Below, one piece after another: positions 9,506-18,437 of a DNA stretch of 64,000 bases. Each line of letters begins with the position of its first letter. Within the stretch, counting starts at the first letter, position 1. Under the pieces are notes generated by a model. It was not told the origin of the DNA. It ran no database searches and saw nothing but the letters and a program-made list of their open reading frames with translations. Location: contig OX638351.1 in NCBI GenBank assembly GCA_951813565.1, forward strand, positions 4,736,001 to 4,800,000, given 5' to 3'. Position numbers and translations under genes: made by a program. This DNA is from an uncultured Poribacteria bacterium. GTDB taxonomy: Bacteria > Poribacteria > WGA-4E > WGA-3G.

Positions 9506-11122
9506 CTACTTTTGGTCGTCTTCTGATGGTGGTTGTGGTGCATTAGTTGGAGGTTGACGACCATCTTTCGGAACAAAACGCCCATTTTTTGACGAAGGGA
9601 CAGGTCGTTTACCGAAGATGTTTTCAAGCTGTTTGGCAAGTTCGGCGTCCTTCTCAGCAAGTCTGCGGAATCCTTCCTCGGGACCATATTCTTGTAAGAG
9701 TTTCTCGGCATTTTCAAAACGTGCTGGGCTAAACTGTTCTTGGATTGTTTTTTCAATGCTTTCATCCGTAAAGATTCCCGGTAGTGAAGACATAAACCTT
9801 TTCTGGAATTCTGTCTCTAATTCAGCATCACTCATGTTTGCCAATCTTTCAAAATCCCGGAGTGCTCTATCAAAATCTTCCCATTCAGCCTCGGCTGCTG
9901 CCCGTTCTGCTTCTACCGCCTCTCGTGCCAATGTCGCGCGGTCTGGTGGCAAGGGGCCTTCAATAGTATCGGGTTGTTGTGTCCATGTGCCTTTCCATCC
10001 ACGTGAGCGGAGGTCTTCTTCAAAACCTTCTGGGAGTGTTACGCCCTCTGGCGGCATCCAATCTTTCGGTGGGAGTTCCCAGCTACGTACCATCTCGCGG
10101 GTAACATGTGGAGGCTTTTCAGAAAGTACGTTGTAATCCTCATCAAGATAGATGACTTCCCACCCTTCAGGGTGTTCGCCTCGATAGATGAGATCAAACC
10201 GTTGTTTTGTTGTCATCATCTCTCCCCACATGTCCACGCCGGGGATGCCATCCTCGAAACTTCTGTGCACGTACAAGCGGTTCCGCTTTCCTGGAAGAAA
10301 CACATCCGGGGCATCATCAAAAAATAACCCGCCACTTACATCAGGGTCCGCTGCCTCGGCATTATCTACCTGTTGACTTTCCCAGACCTTCCGCTCAATA
10401 TACGCACGCTTATAATCCTCAAAATTGTCTTGTGGTAGCACTCCCCGTCGCCCTGATGCCCACTCCTCGGGGTTGTCTTCCGCACGCACGAGGTGGTAGC
10501 GTATATCCATCATACGCGGATAATGCGCTTCTGTTGTGATAGTAACACCCATATCCAGGAGTTCTTGTATCCATTCGGCGCGTGGATATTTTGCCTCCAC
10601 GGTGGCATCACTCGGATAGAACCGGTTATACCATGTATCGTACGTCTCCATGATCGCCTCGGGTGTCTGTGGTCCTTTATGAGGTAGCGAACCTTTTCTG
10701 GTAGTCCACGGTCCATGCTTTATTTTTGACGGATCTGGAGGACCTCCAAGGTTATGCGGCATAATCCTTTCAGCAAGTGCCATCGTCTGTAAGTATAGTT
10801 GTTTACGGATTGAGGCTATTTGTGCTTCGCTAACAGGTTTAAATTCAGTCTCTGTCAAATAATCTTTTAAGAGAAATTCAGTTTCTCTCTCAATCCACTT
10901 TTCCCATCGGGAATCAAATTTCCCTTGAACTACCAGTTCTTTTTTGTCAACTTGTAATGTGCTTTCACTATCTTCACTGTAGTGCTCAGATTCGTTTACA
11001 CGGTCAACAATATTTATACGATCAGACACTATTTCTCTATTAGTGCCTTTAAAGATAAACAGAACAACGATAATTAACAAAATTAAGAACGGAATTGAGA
11101 CGTATAATTTTTTAAGTGTCAT
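9506..11122 (-). CDS. Hypothetical membrane-anchored protein, 538 aa
   Basis: Long ORF, N-terminal TM helix, acidic and Pro-rich C-terminus; no family recognised. Confidence 0.8.
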   Translation of the reverse strand: MTLKKLYVSIPFLILLIIVVLFIFKGTNREIVSDRINIVDRVNESEHYSEDSESTLQVDKKELVVQGKFDSRWEKWIERETEFLLKDYLTETEFKPVSEAQIASIRKQLYLQTMALAERIMPHNLGGPPDPSKIKHGPWTTRKGSLPHKGPQTPEAIMETYDTWYNRFYPSDATVEAKYPRAEWIQELLDMGVTITTEAHYPRMMDIRYHLVRAEDNPEEWASGRRGVLPQDNFEDYKRAYIERKVWESQQVDNAEAADPDVSGGLFFDDAPDVFLPGKRNRLYVHRSFEDGIPGVDMWGEMMTTKQRFDLIYRGEHPEGWEVIYLDEDYNVLSEKPPHVTREMVRSWELPPKDWMPPEGVTLPEGFEEDLRSRGWKGTWTQQPDTIEGPLPPDRATLAREAVEAERAAAEAEWEDFDRALRDFERLANMSDAELETEFQKRFMSSLPGIFTDESIEKTIQEQFSPARFENAEKLLQEYGPEEGFRRLAEKDAELAKQLENIFGKRPVPSSKNGRFVPKDGRQPPTNAPQPPSEDDQK

Positions 11123-11208
11123 TGTATATATCCTTGTATTTGAAAACGGAACGTGATATGTGAACTGCGTGGCAGTTTAGAACTTACCACGCAGTAATAG
11201 CACCTTGC

Positions 11209-11769
11209 TTACTGAGTATACCGATAACTTGCAGAATCAGTAAAAGATGACCAAGGCCCGAAGTTGCCGCAAACACCAGAGTCTTTTGCGTCATACATGC
11301 CGCCGCCCTTGTATTTACTTCTACCCTGTGTATCTGGTGTTCTCGTTTTCACTGTAGTCTCTTTGGTTGTAATTGTGCCATCTTCGTTTGTTATTTCTAT
11401 CTCAAAAGTTTCTACTGTAACTGTAAGTTTTGCGTAAATTGCGCCTGCGTCAGTATCTGGTGATGCATCATTGCCGCTATAGATTGTAACATACGCAGAA
11501 GCTTCACCACTTAAGTTCACTGGAATTCCACTTTCTGTGGCTGCTTCCATAATTGAAGCAGCATTGACAATACCGGGTGATGCCGAGGCGTTTGCCCCAG
11601 ATTCAGTTGCATCAGCGGAAACGCTAAAACTCCAACCTTCGTCGTAGTTTGTATCAGAAAAAGAACCAATTGATATGTTGCCATCTTGACCATGTGTTTG
11701 CAAAATAACGCCGCCAATGGCAAAAAGCGTGGTAAGGAACAGCGTGATTACAACAACTTTCTTATTCAT
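11209..11769 (-). CDS. Hypothetical secreted protein, Ser/Ala/Thr-rich
   Basis: AAGGAG SD, signal peptide. Confidence 0.8.
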   Translation of the reverse strand: MNKKVVVITLFLTTLFAIGGVILQTHGQDGNISIGSFSDTNYDEGWSFSVSADATESGANASASPGIVNAASIMEAATESGIPVNLSGEASAYVTIYSGNDASPDTDAGAIYAKLTVTVETFEIEITNEDGTITTKETTVKTRTPDTQGRSKYKGGGMYDAKDSGVCGNFGPWSSFTDSASYRYTQ

Positions 11770-11904
11770 CTGAAAATCTCCTTTAATTTTGACTTCCTTG
11801 CAATAGCAAGTGAACTATAGTAAATGGAGAAATCTAACCTGCAAACACCCATTGCTACAATCTGATGGTAGTGCAAGTTAGTATATATTCTCCTATTGTA
11901 TTCG

Positions 11905-12219
11905 TCAAACAAAATTAATCTCCTCCTGCCTCCTACAGGCGGAGGCAGGAATGCTACAGTGTAAACATAAAAAGCCCGCGACGAGATGTTCTGTCCGAAA
12001 CAAAACGCGCAGGCGCGAAAATATCGCAGATTTTAAATCCTGCGATACGACCTTGTGATATCCAATAATTAACGATTGTGAAATGGGGGGGGTAAACACT
12101 GTGAACTGAGAATAAACACCGAACCAGAGCGCAGCATCAATAGCCAAACTTTGCTCAGGTCGCTGCATCTGGCACAACTGCTTTTTGAATTGTAGTGGTG
12201 TTCGCTGTCGGTTTCTCAT
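11905..12219 (-). promoter_or_regulatory. Conserved leader with uORF, C8 tract and two hairpins (copy 1)
   Basis: DNA- and peptide-level similarity to 32191-32571; G8 at 12085-12092 on + strand. Confidence 0.7.
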
Positions 12220-12463
12220 TTCCAGTCCCTTTGTAGAAATGCAAAATAAACTAACGATGGTAGAATTTTCTCGGTTTAAGATTATGCTTACAAAAATCCA
12301 ACTTGAATAACAAACAATCCCAACTTTTTGGAATTCGTAAAATTTTTAGGGATTTATACAATCTCCAATCAATATTGGACACACATATTTAATTCTTGTC
12401 AAATTATTTTTATGATTATGCACGTAAAAACGAAATTTTTTTCAAGCTTTTCTTCAGATTTAT

Positions 12464-12623
12464 CAGGGTTATTTAGTTTTCGGATTTTCTGGCATTTTTT
12501 TATCACGAACGTTAATATGTTATAGTAGTATTATAGGTCGAGTTTCGCTTGCGAAACCCGACCTACGAAATAAACTTTTTGTGATATTGATCAACTGACA
12601 TTTCTTAAAACTAAATAGCCCTG
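12464..12623. mobile_element. MITE, family E, with perfect 9-bp target duplication
   Basis: TIR cagggttatttagtttt / aaaactaaatagccctg; cagatttat at 12455-12463 and 12624-12632; internal GTAG REP. Confidence 0.85.
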
Positions 12624-12754
12624 CAGATTTATTTTAAATTAACACAAAATTAAGGAACACAAGAGCCATGTGAGCAAAATTACGCCACACGAAAACGAAA
12701 ATACGGTATAATCTAACCATTAGATATAGGTTTTATTATAGATTGAGGAAGATT

Positions 12755-14113
12755 ATGAATATCATTCATATTATTTCAGATACATTTAGACGAGATAACT
12801 TAGAAATTTTTGGTGGCAAGGGTTATAGTCCCGCACTGAACGCCTTCGCTGAAAAATGCGTTGTTTTTGACAAAGCTTACGTTTGTAGCTACCCAACCGT
12901 GCCAATCCGTGGTGATTTGGTAACTGGCGAGGTAGGTATTTGCCGCCGCGGATGGGAACCGCTTCAACGCAATGTGCCTGTTATCGCAAACGATCTCACA
13001 AAAGCTGGTGTTGTCAGCATGATGATTGCGGATACGCCGCATCATCTCAATAACGGCTTCCTTTACAACCGAGGATTTACAGGATGGAAATGGATTCGTG
13101 GGCAGGAAAGCGATCTTTTGGAAACCCATCCTTATGACTTTGACACAGAAGAAGGACTGCGCTATCGTGAACACACACGGCCACATCCGAACAAGTTGCC
13201 AGCGGGACTCTTCAACCACCTTAAAAATAGCGACTCTCGCCAGAATGAAGGAGGGACCTTTGTTGCACAAACGGTGCAAACTGCCTGTGACTGGCTGGAA
13301 CGCAACTATCAACACGAAAATTTTTATTTAATGGTAGATACCTTTGACCCGCATGAACCGTGGGATGTGCCTGATTGGTATATTAAAAGGTTTGACCCAG
13401 ATGATTACGACGGGCCTGAACCCATCTATCCAACCTATGGCCCAAATAATATGGACGAACGCACAACGCAACGCCTCAATGCATTATACCGTGCCGAAGC
13501 GTGTCTTGTAGACAATTGGATTGGACATCTGCTGCGAAAAATTGACTATATGGGGTTGATGGAAAGGACGATGATCATTTTCATGGCAGACCACGGCTTT
13601 CTGTTGGGTGAACATGGTCTCATTGCGAAAAACCTCGGTATGTATGAGGAAATTGTGCATATACCGCTGCTTATTTATCATCCTGAGGTTAAACCTCGCC
13701 GGACAGACGCGCTTGCCAGTATTATTGACATTCCCGCGACTGTGATTGATGCTTTCGGTGCAGAACGCAGCAAACAGGTTGAAGGTAAAAGCCTGCTGCC
13801 AATCGTCATGGGAGAAACCGACACGGGTAGAGATTATGCGGTTACACACGGCGCATGGGGTGGCGGCTGGAGTCCTGATGGTGGAAGCCCACATGGAAGT
13901 GTTACGGATGGCACATGGTCACTGCTCTTAGAAAATAAGGGTGCGCCGCAACATCTGTTTCACCTTCCCTCCGATCCAGAACAGATGAAGAATCGGTTTG
14001 AATCGGATACAGACGAAGCACGCCGACTCTATCAAGCGTTTTTGGAATTTTTGGGACAACACGGTGGTCCAGAAGCGATGGTTGAACAGTTTCAGAATAG
14101 ATGGCCTATTTGA
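12755..14113 (+). CDS. Sulfatase-family hydrolase (Thr at the usual Cys/Ser position)
   Basis: ISDTFRRD, PTVPIR..L.TG, DPHEPW, ADHG, VHIPLLI. Confidence 0.9.
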   Translation: MNIIHIISDTFRRDNLEIFGGKGYSPALNAFAEKCVVFDKAYVCSYPTVPIRGDLVTGEVGICRRGWEPLQRNVPVIANDLTKAGVVSMMIADTPHHLNNGFLYNRGFTGWKWIRGQESDLLETHPYDFDTEEGLRYREHTRPHPNKLPAGLFNHLKNSDSRQNEGGTFVAQTVQTACDWLERNYQHENFYLMVDTFDPHEPWDVPDWYIKRFDPDDYDGPEPIYPTYGPNNMDERTTQRLNALYRAEACLVDNWIGHLLRKIDYMGLMERTMIIFMADHGFLLGEHGLIAKNLGMYEEIVHIPLLIYHPEVKPRRTDALASIIDIPATVIDAFGAERSKQVEGKSLLPIVMGETDTGRDYAVTHGAWGGGWSPDGGSPHGSVTDGTWSLLLENKGAPQHLFHLPSDPEQMKNRFESDTDEARRLYQAFLEFLGQHGGPEAMVEQFQNRWPI

Positions 14114-14129
14114 ATTTTTGATTTGACTT

Positions 14130-14280
14130 GAGGTTATCTCATAAATCATTTGTAGGGCGAGGTCCCCGTGCCTCGCCATCTCCCATAAACGCAAACAGCG
14201 GGCGGGCACAGGGACCCGCCCCTACGCTGAAGGGAATTCTTTGTCAGGTAACCGTGTTTAACGATTTATGAGATAGACTG
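14130..14280. mobile_element. MITE enclosing an inverted GTAG-REP pair
   Basis: TIR tatctcataaatc / gatttatgagata; gtagggcgagg...cctcgcc and gggcgggc...cccgccctac. Confidence 0.65.
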
Positions 14281-14330
14281 TAATTTCTTTACGCAAAAAC
14301 AGGATTCTGATGTAGCGTAGATAGGACCTA

Positions 14331-14996
14331 ATGAATACACGGAATTTAGTTGCTGAATTTATCGGCACGTTTGCGCTGATTTTTATCGGCGCAGGATCGG
14401 TGGTTATCAATCCAGGTAATTTAGTTGCAGTTGCTCTTGCATTTGGTTCGGTCGTTGTGGGATTTATTTATGCGTATGGACATATTTCAGGGACGCATAT
14501 CAATCCAGCTGTGACTCTGGGACTCCTGATAGCTGGAGAAATCGAATTTACTGCAGCAATCGGTTACTGGATTGTTCAATTTGCAGGTGGTATTTTGGGT
14601 GCGTATGTTCTCAAAGGTGTGCTGCCGATAAACGGTGATTTGGGGGTAACTATTTTAGCTACCAATGTGACACCGATAAATGGACTGATAGTTGAAATTG
14701 TCCTAACATTCTTCCTCGTTAATACGATTTTCAATACTGCTGTAAGTGGAAAGGCAGGAAACTTTGCTGGACTCGCCATTGGGTTAACTTTAGTGTTTTG
14801 CATCCTGATGGGCGGTCCGTTAACACGTGCGTCCCTCAATCCTGCACGGACGTTGGGACCTGCTATCGCAGCTGGTGCTGAGCATGCCCAGTGGGGTAAC
14901 ATCTGGCTTTATTTTGTCGGACCGTTTATAGGCGCAGTACTCGCAGCACTTCTGTATATTGGTGTTTTGAAAGATAAAGGAACTGGAACTGAGTAG
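14331..14996 (+). CDS. Aquaporin / MIP family channel
   Basis: AEFIGTF, SGTHINPAVT, SLNPAR. Confidence 0.95.
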   Translation: MNTRNLVAEFIGTFALIFIGAGSVVINPGNLVAVALAFGSVVVGFIYAYGHISGTHINPAVTLGLLIAGEIEFTAAIGYWIVQFAGGILGAYVLKGVLPINGDLGVTILATNVTPINGLIVEIVLTFFLVNTIFNTAVSGKAGNFAGLAIGLTLVFCILMGGPLTRASLNPARTLGPAIAAGAEHAQWGNIWLYFVGPFIGAVLAALLYIGVLKDKGTGTE

Positions 14997-15005
14997 TTGG
15001 TAATT

Positions 15006-15137
15006 TATAGTAGATTTTACAATTAACTTTTATGTTATTCAGCGCGCTGACAAAGCACCAATCCAATGCTGAATGTGCGGACGACACGCGGAGCGTGCCT
15101 ACTACCATGTGTAAATATATTTTTATATTTCACTATA
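15006..15137. mobile_element. MITE, family A
   Basis: tatagtagattttacaatta...atatttcactata. Confidence 0.6.
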
Positions 15138-15223
15138 AATAAAAACAGGCTGATGCTTTTAAGCATTAGCCTTACTTTTTTACCATTGCGAGGCACAGGG
15201 ACCTCGCACTACAATATGGCGGA

Positions 15224-15919
15224 TTAAGCCTCAACGTTGATCGGAATTTCCGTTGGTTTTGCCTCTTCCGTTTTCGGAATCTCAATTGTTAAAACACCAT
15301 CCTTGAATTCGGCTTTTATACCATCAGCTTTCGCATTTGGTGGAAGTGGGAGAACACGTTTAAAACTCCCATATCGCAGTTCCGACCGGCGTGGGTGTTG
15401 CGTTTCGTCTGTCTGCTTCCGCTCCTTTTTTCCTTTTACCTTTAATAGATTGTCAGTTACAGAAACAGTGACATCGTTTTGTGAAACGCCAGGGAGTTCA
15501 ACTAACACTTCATACCTATCTTCAGAAACAGAAAACTCAATGGGTGGCCGCCAATTGGATTTTCCTCTTTTCGTTTTTCCCTCACGATACGCGAACCTTC
15601 TGTCAAAAACGTGCCTCATCCGATTGTGATGTAGGAAAATATCTCGCATTGGATGATGTGGTCTGAAGTTTGCTTGTGCTGAACGGCGAAGATTTCTCCT
15701 CCCTCTCGGGGGTTGATGTCCCCAATTTCCGCGTGCTACGGGTGGTCGGTGTCGTCGTGGACTTCTTGCTTGTGATGGTTCTTGCCTTCCTTCTTCAGGA
15801 TGTGGCGAATGGTGGCGGCGTTGTCTCCTTCCCCGTCTGGGGCCTCTTCCTTGTGCGGACTGATGTTGACGTGGTCCTTTAGAACCACCTCTGGGACCAT
15901 GTTGCGGTCTATTTCTCAT
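15224..15919 (-). CDS. Hsp20/alpha-crystallin protein with a long Arg/His/Pro/Gly-rich N-terminus
   Basis: ELPGV, YGSFKR..LP, A.FKDGVLTI.IPK; AGGAG SD before ATG. Confidence 0.9.
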   Translation of the reverse strand: MRNRPQHGPRGGSKGPRQHQSAQGRGPRRGRRQRRHHSPHPEEGRQEPSQARSPRRHRPPVARGNWGHQPPRGRRNLRRSAQANFRPHHPMRDIFLHHNRMRHVFDRRFAYREGKTKRGKSNWRPPIEFSVSEDRYEVLVELPGVSQNDVTVSVTDNLLKVKGKKERKQTDETQHPRRSELRYGSFKRVLPLPPNAKADGIKAEFKDGVLTIEIPKTEEAKPTEIPINVEA

Positions 15920-16070
15920 TTCAATTCTCCTTTTTCTGATCTTGTATTCTAATTATTTTCTTTTTCACTGTATTTGACCACTACACTTATGAAATTGTTC
16001 GGTATAAGCGATGCAAGGTTAACAGGGCAGGCACAATTAATTGTACCTGCCCTGCTGTTTTGGAATTATT

Positions 16071-16526
16071 TTAACTCTCTTGCGGAGCATCCACAGTTGA
16101 TTCAGCAACGATCGGAATTTCTTTTGGCTTTACCTCTTCCGGTTTTGGGATGGACAACGTCAGGACACCATCTTTGAATTCTGCTTTGATGCTGTCAGCC
16201 TCAACTTTTGGTGGAAGTGTAAATCTCCGTTCGAAGCTTCCATAACACCGTTCGACTCGCCGGTAGTCTTTAGAATCGTCAGTTTTTTCCTGTCGTTTTT
16301 CTCCTTTTATTGTTAAGAGATCGTCTTTGACAGAAATATGGACATCGTCCTTTGTTACGCCAGGTAGTTCAGTCCGAACTTCAAAACTATCATCCGTTTC
16401 GGAAATATCAGCAGATGGTCTCCACTTATATTCTTGTGTCCCAGGTCTTTCAAAAAACGGCGTGAACAGAGAGTTATAGAATTTGAACGGGTTTACTGCT
16501 GGTCTGTGTAAGGTCAAATAGGTCAT
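16071..16526 (-). CDS. Hsp20/alpha-crystallin small heat-shock protein
   Basis: W.P..DI.E, ELPGV, ER.YGSF.R.F.LP, DGVL. Confidence 0.95.
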   Translation of the reverse strand: MTYLTLHRPAVNPFKFYNSLFTPFFERPGTQEYKWRPSADISETDDSFEVRTELPGVTKDDVHISVKDDLLTIKGEKRQEKTDDSKDYRRVERCYGSFERRFTLPPKVEADSIKAEFKDGVLTLSIPKPEEVKPKEIPIVAESTVDAPQES

Positions 16527-16594
16527 TTTTATTCTCCTTATAGTGTAAGGTTTATCGCCTGTGTTATATAGTAGGCATGCGTAATTATGTTGTG

Positions 16595-17047
16595 TTAAGC
16601 ATTTGCAGTAATCGGAATTTCAGTTGGTTTTGCCGCTTCCACCTTCGGTATGGTGAGGGTCAAAACCCCGTCTTTGTATCCTGCCTTTATATCAGCAGTT
16701 TCAACATTTCTCGGAAGTGTAAAACTTCTTTGGAAACTTCCGTACCGTCTTTCCACTCGGTGATAGTTTTTGTTATCTGTCTCCTTTTCCTGCCGTTTTT
16801 CACCTTTGATTGTGAGCAGGTTATCGGTTACTGAGACGTTGACATCGCTTTCCGTAACCCCAGGAAGTTCGGCACGAATTTCAAAGCCGTTTTCCATTTC
16901 AGAGATGTCTACTGTGGGCATCCAGGAAGTGGGATCACCGTTGGTTTCACTTTCCTGAGAAGCGAATAGATCTCCAAAGATTTTTCCCATTTCGTTGTGA
17001 AGGTTGAATAGATTTCCTACCGGTCTGCGTGTTGCTAAATGTCTCAT
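16595..17047 (-). CDS. Hsp20/alpha-crystallin small heat-shock protein
   Basis: Same motifs; first gene of the trio. Confidence 0.95.
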   Translation of the reverse strand: MRHLATRRPVGNLFNLHNEMGKIFGDLFASQESETNGDPTSWMPTVDISEMENGFEIRAELPGVTESDVNVSVTDNLLTIKGEKRQEKETDNKNYHRVERRYGSFQRSFTLPRNVETADIKAGYKDGVLTLTIPKVEAAKPTEIPITANA

Positions 17048-17089
17048 TTTTCTTCTCCTTTTGATTTATGTTTTCTGTAAGTATAATGA

Positions 17090-17105
17090 GCAAGTTCTGT
17101 GCCAA
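17090..17105 (-). promoter_or_regulatory. sigma54 (-24/-12) promoter of the Hsp20 cluster
   Basis: Minus strand TTGGCACAGAACTTGC matches TGGCAC-N5-TTGC, ~43 nt upstream of the ATG. Confidence 0.75.
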
Positions 17106-17589
17106 TTTTTTTAACACAAATTAATAAATATTTACCAACTATATTAACCTAAGTTCCTACGGACAAGATTTCAATCAGCCATACACTATTTTTACTGAAA
17201 AACAAGGATTTTTCGCTGATTCTGGGCGTTATAAATCGGGGTTAGAAACCCCTCCCACAAGAGCATTCGCCAAATAGGTGGCAACTTGGGTTATAATAGA
17301 TATAAGCAATTAATTGCCAAACAACAATTTATCCCATCTATAATGAGCGATTATGCCCAAATATAGCTGAACTACTTACGTAGTCCAGTAAAATTCACTA
17401 TCAAAATTCTCTGTAGGAATTGAGATAAGATTCTTATTTTTTTAGGACAACTATGGAGGTAGCTATATGGAAATCTATCTGCCATATTGACATATCCGTG
17501 CCATTTTGAAACGGTGTATATGCCAAAAAGGCGGAGTTATGATAGTAGTAGAGTTGTGGGTAGATTAGGGTAGGCAGAGAAGATAGGTT

Positions 17590-18237
17590 CTATTTATTCT
17601 GATCAGAAAGTTGCGCGCGTATCCCTGCAGTGACGGTATGCAACGCGATAGGATTATCATTCAAAAACGGGACAATTAGATCTGCGTATTTTTTACAAGG
17701 TTCTGTGTAAATTGGGAAATTAGGGAGTACATCCCGTCGGTACCAACTGATTGCGCTTTCAAGGTTTCCGCTGCGTGTGCCGACATCGCGGAGCATTCGC
17801 CGCATCACACGTTCATGTGCATCAACATCCAAGAAAAGTTTGACATCTATTAACTCACGGAGTTGCTGATTCCAATAGATAAGATGTCCCTCCACAATTA
17901 CAACATCGCTTGATTCTATAATTTTCTTTTTATCACCGCGTTGTGCTGCACGTGTTCCGGGGGCAGGCGTTTCTATAGGCTTTCGCAAGCGGAGTTTTTC
18001 AACATCTGCAATAAGCACATCCCAACACACTGCATCAGGATGATTCGCGGTTACCACTTTTTCGCGCTCTTCAGGCGAATATTCTGACCAATCCCGAAAA
18101 TAGGAGTCTTGGTGTAACGTGACAGGCGAAAATTCAGCGAGTTGGTCTGCTAAAGCAGTGGCGAACGTTGTTTTTCCAGAAGCTGAACCACCCATAATGC
18201 CAACGGTAATTGGTCTAAACATATTATTTTTTGCCAT
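17590..18237 (-). CDS. udk: Uridine kinase
   Basis: GGSASGKTT, QDSYF, HPDA, VEG, ER..RR..RD, ADL. Confidence 0.85.
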   Translation of the reverse strand: MAKNNMFRPITVGIMGGSASGKTTFATALADQLAEFSPVTLHQDSYFRDWSEYSPEEREKVVTANHPDAVCWDVLIADVEKLRLRKPIETPAPGTRAAQRGDKKKIIESSDVVIVEGHLIYWNQQLRELIDVKLFLDVDAHERVMRRMLRDVGTRSGNLESAISWYRRDVLPNFPIYTEPCKKYADLIVPFLNDNPIALHTVTAGIRAQLSDQNK

Positions 18238-18437
18238 TATTCCATGCTATCATTAAGATTTGTTTTCACCAGAAACAAAAATAGGATAACATAAATCAGG
18301 GTTATTGTCAAACTTTGAATCATTTGACTTCAGCAGGCTTTTTATGTTATCCTATTAATTAAACGAAGGATTTGTAAGGTCAGCTGAACTGTAACATGGG
18401 ACCATACCCGATATCGTAGTTATCTTGGAGAAAAAGT

